Shown here: positions 28,373 to 32,000 of the stretch, piece after piece
Layout of the letters: each line of letters starts with the position of its first letter
Position numbering within the stretch: position 1 is the first letter of the stretch
Source: Fastidiosibacter lacustris
GTDB lineage: Bacteria > Pseudomonadota > Gammaproteobacteria > Francisellales > Francisellaceae
Assembly: GCF_003428155.1 (NCBI RefSeq)
Contig: NZ_QLIR01000009.1
Location: forward strand, 49,042 to 81,041
Length of the DNA stretch: 32,000 nucleotides
Reading direction: 5' to 3'
Notes under the pieces: model-generated
What the model was told of the DNA's origin: nothing
Database searches by the model: none
The model's input: only the letters and a program-made list of their open reading frames with translations
Program-made: the position numbers and the translations under genes

Positions 28373-29077
28373 TTATAAACTATTTTTCAACATCATTGAT
28401 CTAAGTTTACCGATAGCTTTTGTTGGATTTAAGCCTTTAGGACAAACACTCACACAATTCATAATCGTACGACACCTAAAGACACTAAATGGATCTTGCA
28501 ATGCTTCTAAGCGCTCTTTCGTTGCACCATCTCGTGAATCAATCACAAAACGATAAGCCTGTAACAATCCAGATGGTCCAATAAATTTATCAGGGTTCCA
28601 CCAAAAAGATGGGCAAGAAGTTGTACAACAAGCACATAAGATACACTCATATAGTCCATCGAGTTTAGCTCGATCTTCTGGTGACTGTAAGCGTTCTTTA
28701 ACAGGATTATCCCCTTCAACTGGAATTAAATAAGGTTTGACCTTCTCATAGTTCTTATAAAATTGATCCATATTAACGATCAAGTCACGAATAACAGGTA
28801 AGCCAGGTAAGGGCTGCAACTTAATTGGCTGACTTAATTCACCAATTGAGGTAATACAAGCCAATCGGTTTTTACCATTAATACTCATGCCATCTGAACC
28901 ACAAACGCCTTCACGACAAGAACGACGCACCGCTAACGTTGGATCTTGCTGCTTAATCAGCTCAATAGCAGTTAAAACTTTTGTACCTTCATTTTCGACT
29001 GTAACGGTATAATCTTGATAGTAAGGTTTTTTATCCACTTCAGGATTATAGCGATAAACTTTAAACTGAACTTTCAC
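28373..29077 (-). CDS. sdhB: Succinate dehydrogenase iron-sulfur subunit
   Basis: CREGVCGSDGMSING, CILCACCTTSCPSFWWN, CRTIMNCVSVCPKGLNP. Confidence 0.98.
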   Translation of the reverse strand: MKVQFKVYRYNPEVDKKPYYQDYTVTVENEGTKVLTAIELIKQQDPTLAVRRSCREGVCGSDGMSINGKNRLACITSIGELSQPIKLQPLPGLPVIRDLIVNMDQFYKNYEKVKPYLIPVEGDNPVKERLQSPEDRAKLDGLYECILCACCTTSCPSFWWNPDKFIGPSGLLQAYRFVIDSRDGATKERLEALQDPFSVFRCRTIMNCVSVCPKGLNPTKAIGKLRSMMLKNSL

Positions 29078-29087
29078 CGATATCTCC

Positions 29088-30875
29088 TTAGTAGCTTCTG
29101 ACTTTTGGTTGGAATGGGTCTAATTTTAATGGCTGCATATTTACATCACGTGTAGAGAATCTATCCCCTTCTAGGAAATATAAGCTATGTTTTAACCAGC
29201 TCTCATCGTCACGCTTAGGATAGTCTTCACGCGAGTGTGCGCCACGCGATTCTTTACGCTGTAATGCAAGCACTGCCGTTGCCATCGCAGTTTCCATTAA
29301 ATTATCCAGTTCAAGTGCTTCAATTCGAGCGGTATTAAAAACGTGCGAATGATCCACTAAAGATGCTTTTTGTACACGCCCACGCAATGATTTTAAACGC
29401 TCTAAACCTTCTTGCATTTGATGTTCTGTTCTGAATACTGAGAAATCAATTTGCATTGCTTTTTGAAGCTCTGCTCTTAAAGTAGCAACACTTTCACCAC
29501 CTTTATTGTTTTCCCAACGTTGATAACGCGCTATCGCTGTATCAATTGCTTTATCAGTTACCTCTCGTTGCTGCATCCCTGCACGCAACACTCCTTCCGC
29601 GTGCATACCAGCAGCTCGACCAAACACAACCAAATCAAGCAATGAGTTTGAACCCAAACGGTTTGCACCATGCACAGATACAGATGCACATTCACCTACT
29701 GCATATAAACCTTCAATAACAATATCCTCACCATTTTTATTTTGTGTAATTGCCTGACCATATTTGTTGGTCGGAATACCACCCATCATATAATGGCAAG
29801 TCGGGACAACAGGAATGGGTGCTTTTAATGGGTCAACGCCTGCAAAAGTCATTGCCAATTCACGAATGCCTGGCAAGCGTTCTTTAATTACATTTTCATC
29901 CAAATGTGTTAAATCTAAATTAACGCAATCAACACCAGCGAATTTCAAACCACGACCTTCATTAATTTCTTGTTGAGACGCACGAGATACTACATCACGC
30001 GATGCTAGATCCTTGGCATTAGGCGCATAACGCTCCATAAAACGCTCACCATTTTTATTACGTAAAATTCCACCTTCACCACGACAGCCTTCAGTTACTA
30101 AAACTCCGGCACCTGCAATACCCGTTGGATGGAATTGCCAAAACTCCATATCCTGTAGTGGGAAGCCAGCACGAAGTGCCATCCCAATCCCATCACCCGT
30201 ATTGATGTGAGCATTAGTACTTGATTCATAAATGCGCCCAGCACCACCTGTTGCCAAAATCGTCACTTTAGACTGGAAGAATACAATTTCACTATTTTCC
30301 ATATTAAGCGCAATTACACCTGCTATCGCATTTTCAGACGATTTAACAAGATCAATCGCATACCATTCATTAAAAAACTTGGTTTCATGTTTTAAATTAC
30401 CTTGGTAAAGTGTATGCAATAGTGCATGCCCTGTTCTATCAGAGGCCGCACAGGTTCTTTTTGCAATATTGCCCACATTATAATTACGCGACATTCCACC
30501 AAAGGCACGTTGGTAAATCTTGCCATTTTCTAAACGTGAAAATGGCATCCCCATATGCTCAAGCTCGATAATAGCTTGTGGCGCATTTTCACACATAAAC
30601 TCAATAGCTTCTTGATCACCAATATAGTCAGAACCTTTAACGGTATCATAAGTATGCCATTTCCAATCATCAGATGGTAAATCATCATCAAATTCAACGT
30701 TTCCTAAAGCTGCGGCAATTCCGCCTTGAGCCGATACCGTATGCGATCTTGTTGGAAATACTTTTGATATCGCTGCGGTTTTAAATCCAGATTGTGATAA
30801 TTGAAACGCTGCTTGCATGCCAGCACCTCCGGCACCTACAACGATTGCATCAAATTGTTGTACTGCTATTTTCAT
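29088..30875 (-). CDS. sdhA: Succinate dehydrogenase flavoprotein subunit
   Basis: [84 protein letters not shown]. Confidence 0.98.
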   Translation of the reverse strand: MKIAVQQFDAIVVGAGGAGMQAAFQLSQSGFKTAAISKVFPTRSHTVSAQGGIAAALGNVEFDDDLPSDDWKWHTYDTVKGSDYIGDQEAIEFMCENAPQAIIELEHMGMPFSRLENGKIYQRAFGGMSRNYNVGNIAKRTCAASDRTGHALLHTLYQGNLKHETKFFNEWYAIDLVKSSENAIAGVIALNMENSEIVFFQSKVTILATGGAGRIYESSTNAHINTGDGIGMALRAGFPLQDMEFWQFHPTGIAGAGVLVTEGCRGEGGILRNKNGERFMERYAPNAKDLASRDVVSRASQQEINEGRGLKFAGVDCVNLDLTHLDENVIKERLPGIRELAMTFAGVDPLKAPIPVVPTCHYMMGGIPTNKYGQAITQNKNGEDIVIEGLYAVGECASVSVHGANRLGSNSLLDLVVFGRAAGMHAEGVLRAGMQQREVTDKAIDTAIARYQRWENNKGGESVATLRAELQKAMQIDFSVFRTEHQMQEGLERLKSLRGRVQKASLVDHSHVFNTARIEALELDNLMETAMATAVLALQRKESRGAHSREDYPKRDDESWLKHSLYFLEGDRFSTRDVNMQPLKLDPFQPKVRSY

Positions 30876-30887
30876 TACTTATGCCCC

Positions 30888-31229
30888 TTAAAATAAAATA
30901 CAGATAAGCCAAATAAAGCAGGTAAAATATCCTACAATCGCTGCAACTTGCAAAATACCCGCAAACCAAGCACATTTTACATAGTCAGTAAAGATTGTCC
31001 ACATCCCAATCCAGGCATGTGCAATCAGCGCTAAAAATGCAAGTAATGTAAAGACTTTAACCCAAGTATTCTGGAAAATCGCCATCCACGTATGATAAGA
31101 ACCATCACCTGAAAGGCATAAAACAACAACTACAATAAAAATTGCATAAAGCATGATAATAATCGCGCTAATACGTTGTAAAAACCAATCCTTTAAACCT
31201 GAACGTGTACAACAAGTTACATTAGCCAT
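30888..31229 (-). CDS. sdhD: Succinate dehydrogenase membrane anchor subunit
   Basis: GLKDWFLQRISAIIIMLYAIF and HAWIGMWTIFTDYVK. ATG at 31229 preferred over 31304. Position between sdhA and sdhC. Confidence 0.9.
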   Translation of the reverse strand: MANVTCCTRSGLKDWFLQRISAIIIMLYAIFIVVVVLCLSGDGSYHTWMAIFQNTWVKVFTLLAFLALIAHAWIGMWTIFTDYVKCAWFAGILQVAAIVGYFTCFIWLICILF

Positions 31230-31606
31230 ATCCAAATCCCCCACAAAATTGTTACAAGCGAACCTAAAACAAGTACCATAATCGATGTTACTTTTGCACA
31301 GCACATTTCTTCACCAAATCCTAGGTCCATAATCAAATGACGGATCCCCGCAATCACGTGGTAAGACACAGCTGACAAAAAAATCCATACCACAATACTC
31401 CAAGGAGAATGGATCAATAGATTTTGAACGTAGTAAAAATCTCCACCACATCTCATTGACAAGCTAAATGCCCACAATAAAAATGGCAATAACACAACCA
31501 TTAGCACACCTGTAATACGATGTAAAATGGAGCTTATCGCCGTAATAGGGAAAGAATAGGATTTAATTGAGCCAAGTCCTATATTTCGTGGTCCTTGATC
31601 TTTCAT
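31217..31606 (-). CDS. sdhC: Succinate dehydrogenase cytochrome b556 subunit
   Basis: FPITAISSILHRITGVLM, LSAVSYHVIAGIRHLIMDLG. ATG at 31606 has an AGGAG sequence on the minus strand (aggagataaaaATG), making it better than 31621. Confidence 0.93.
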   Translation of the reverse strand: MKDQGPRNIGLGSIKSYSFPITAISSILHRITGVLMVVLLPFLLWAFSLSMRCGGDFYYVQNLLIHSPWSIVVWIFLSAVSYHVIAGIRHLIMDLGFGEEMCCAKVTSIMVLVLGSLVTILWGIWIWLM

Positions 31607-31658
31607 TTTTATCTCCTGCATATCAAGAAAACTAAGTGGTTATCACAAAATATCGTGT

Positions 31659-31667
31659 ATTCTAGCA
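31659..31667 (-). promoter_or_regulatory. Possible extended -10 promoter (TGCTAGAAT) for the sdh-suc gene set
   Basis: Minus strand reads TATGCTAGAAT about 53-60 bp upstream of the sdhC ATG at 31606. No well-spaced -35 was seen. Confidence 0.35.
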
Positions 31668-32000
31668 TAAATAAAATCAAGCGCCACAGCGAAGAAGCAA
31701 GCAAATAAAATTAATCTCATACACAAAAGAAAACTCAATCGCGCATCTAAACAAAAATGGTGTATTGTATAGCCTAAATCAGCACACTAAAGATGGTTTT
31801 TTGATATTACATCAAATAGGAACAATAAATTAATCGCTTTAAAACTATGAAGATAAAATAAAAGCTTTAATTCTACACTTAACTACCCCCTTATACCCTA
31901 TTTTAACTATTTACAGAATTGTCAGTAACGCTTTTGTCATTATTTTTACCATTGTCGGCAAGTTTTAATAAGCTTGCTTTAGCTAGCTCAATTTGATAAC

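Overview
This 32 kb AT-rich window looks like ordinary gammaproteobacterial chromosome. It has no rRNA, CRISPR array, integrase, transposase or phage module. Supported content, left to right: cydB (partial)/cydA; a divergent FNR-type regulator with a perfect FNR box between them; pgi-pgl-zwf; trmL; a ribokinase-family kinase; a NIF3-family protein; phaR; a small HTH protein; a regulatory-PTS cluster (HPr, mannose-type EIIA, rapZ, a short divergent HPr-kinase-like protein, ptsN, hpf); tRNA-Arg(ACG) and tRNA-Gly(GCC); a beta-CASP metallo-hydrolase; an EamA transporter; greA; a three-gene set (divergent acyl/aryl-AMP ligase, pabB-pabC fusion, pabA); mutY; apt; and sucB, sucA, sdhB, sdhA, sdhD, sdhC in TCA-operon order. 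I found no clearly novel multi-gene defence or mobile system. The best leads are: (1) the divergent AMP ligase coupled to a complete pABA-synthesis pair; (2) a short HPr-kinase-like protein with altered motifs in a PTS cluster whose HPr keeps both phosphosites; (3) an FNR box positioned for class II auto-activation; (4) a 21-bp dyad between a tRNA promoter and its tRNA; (5) operator-like repeats upstream of the ligase operon and of the HTH gene; (6) a 65-bp perfect repeat between the two lipoyl domains of sucB; (7) an unexplained 532-bp intergenic region upstream of zwf.
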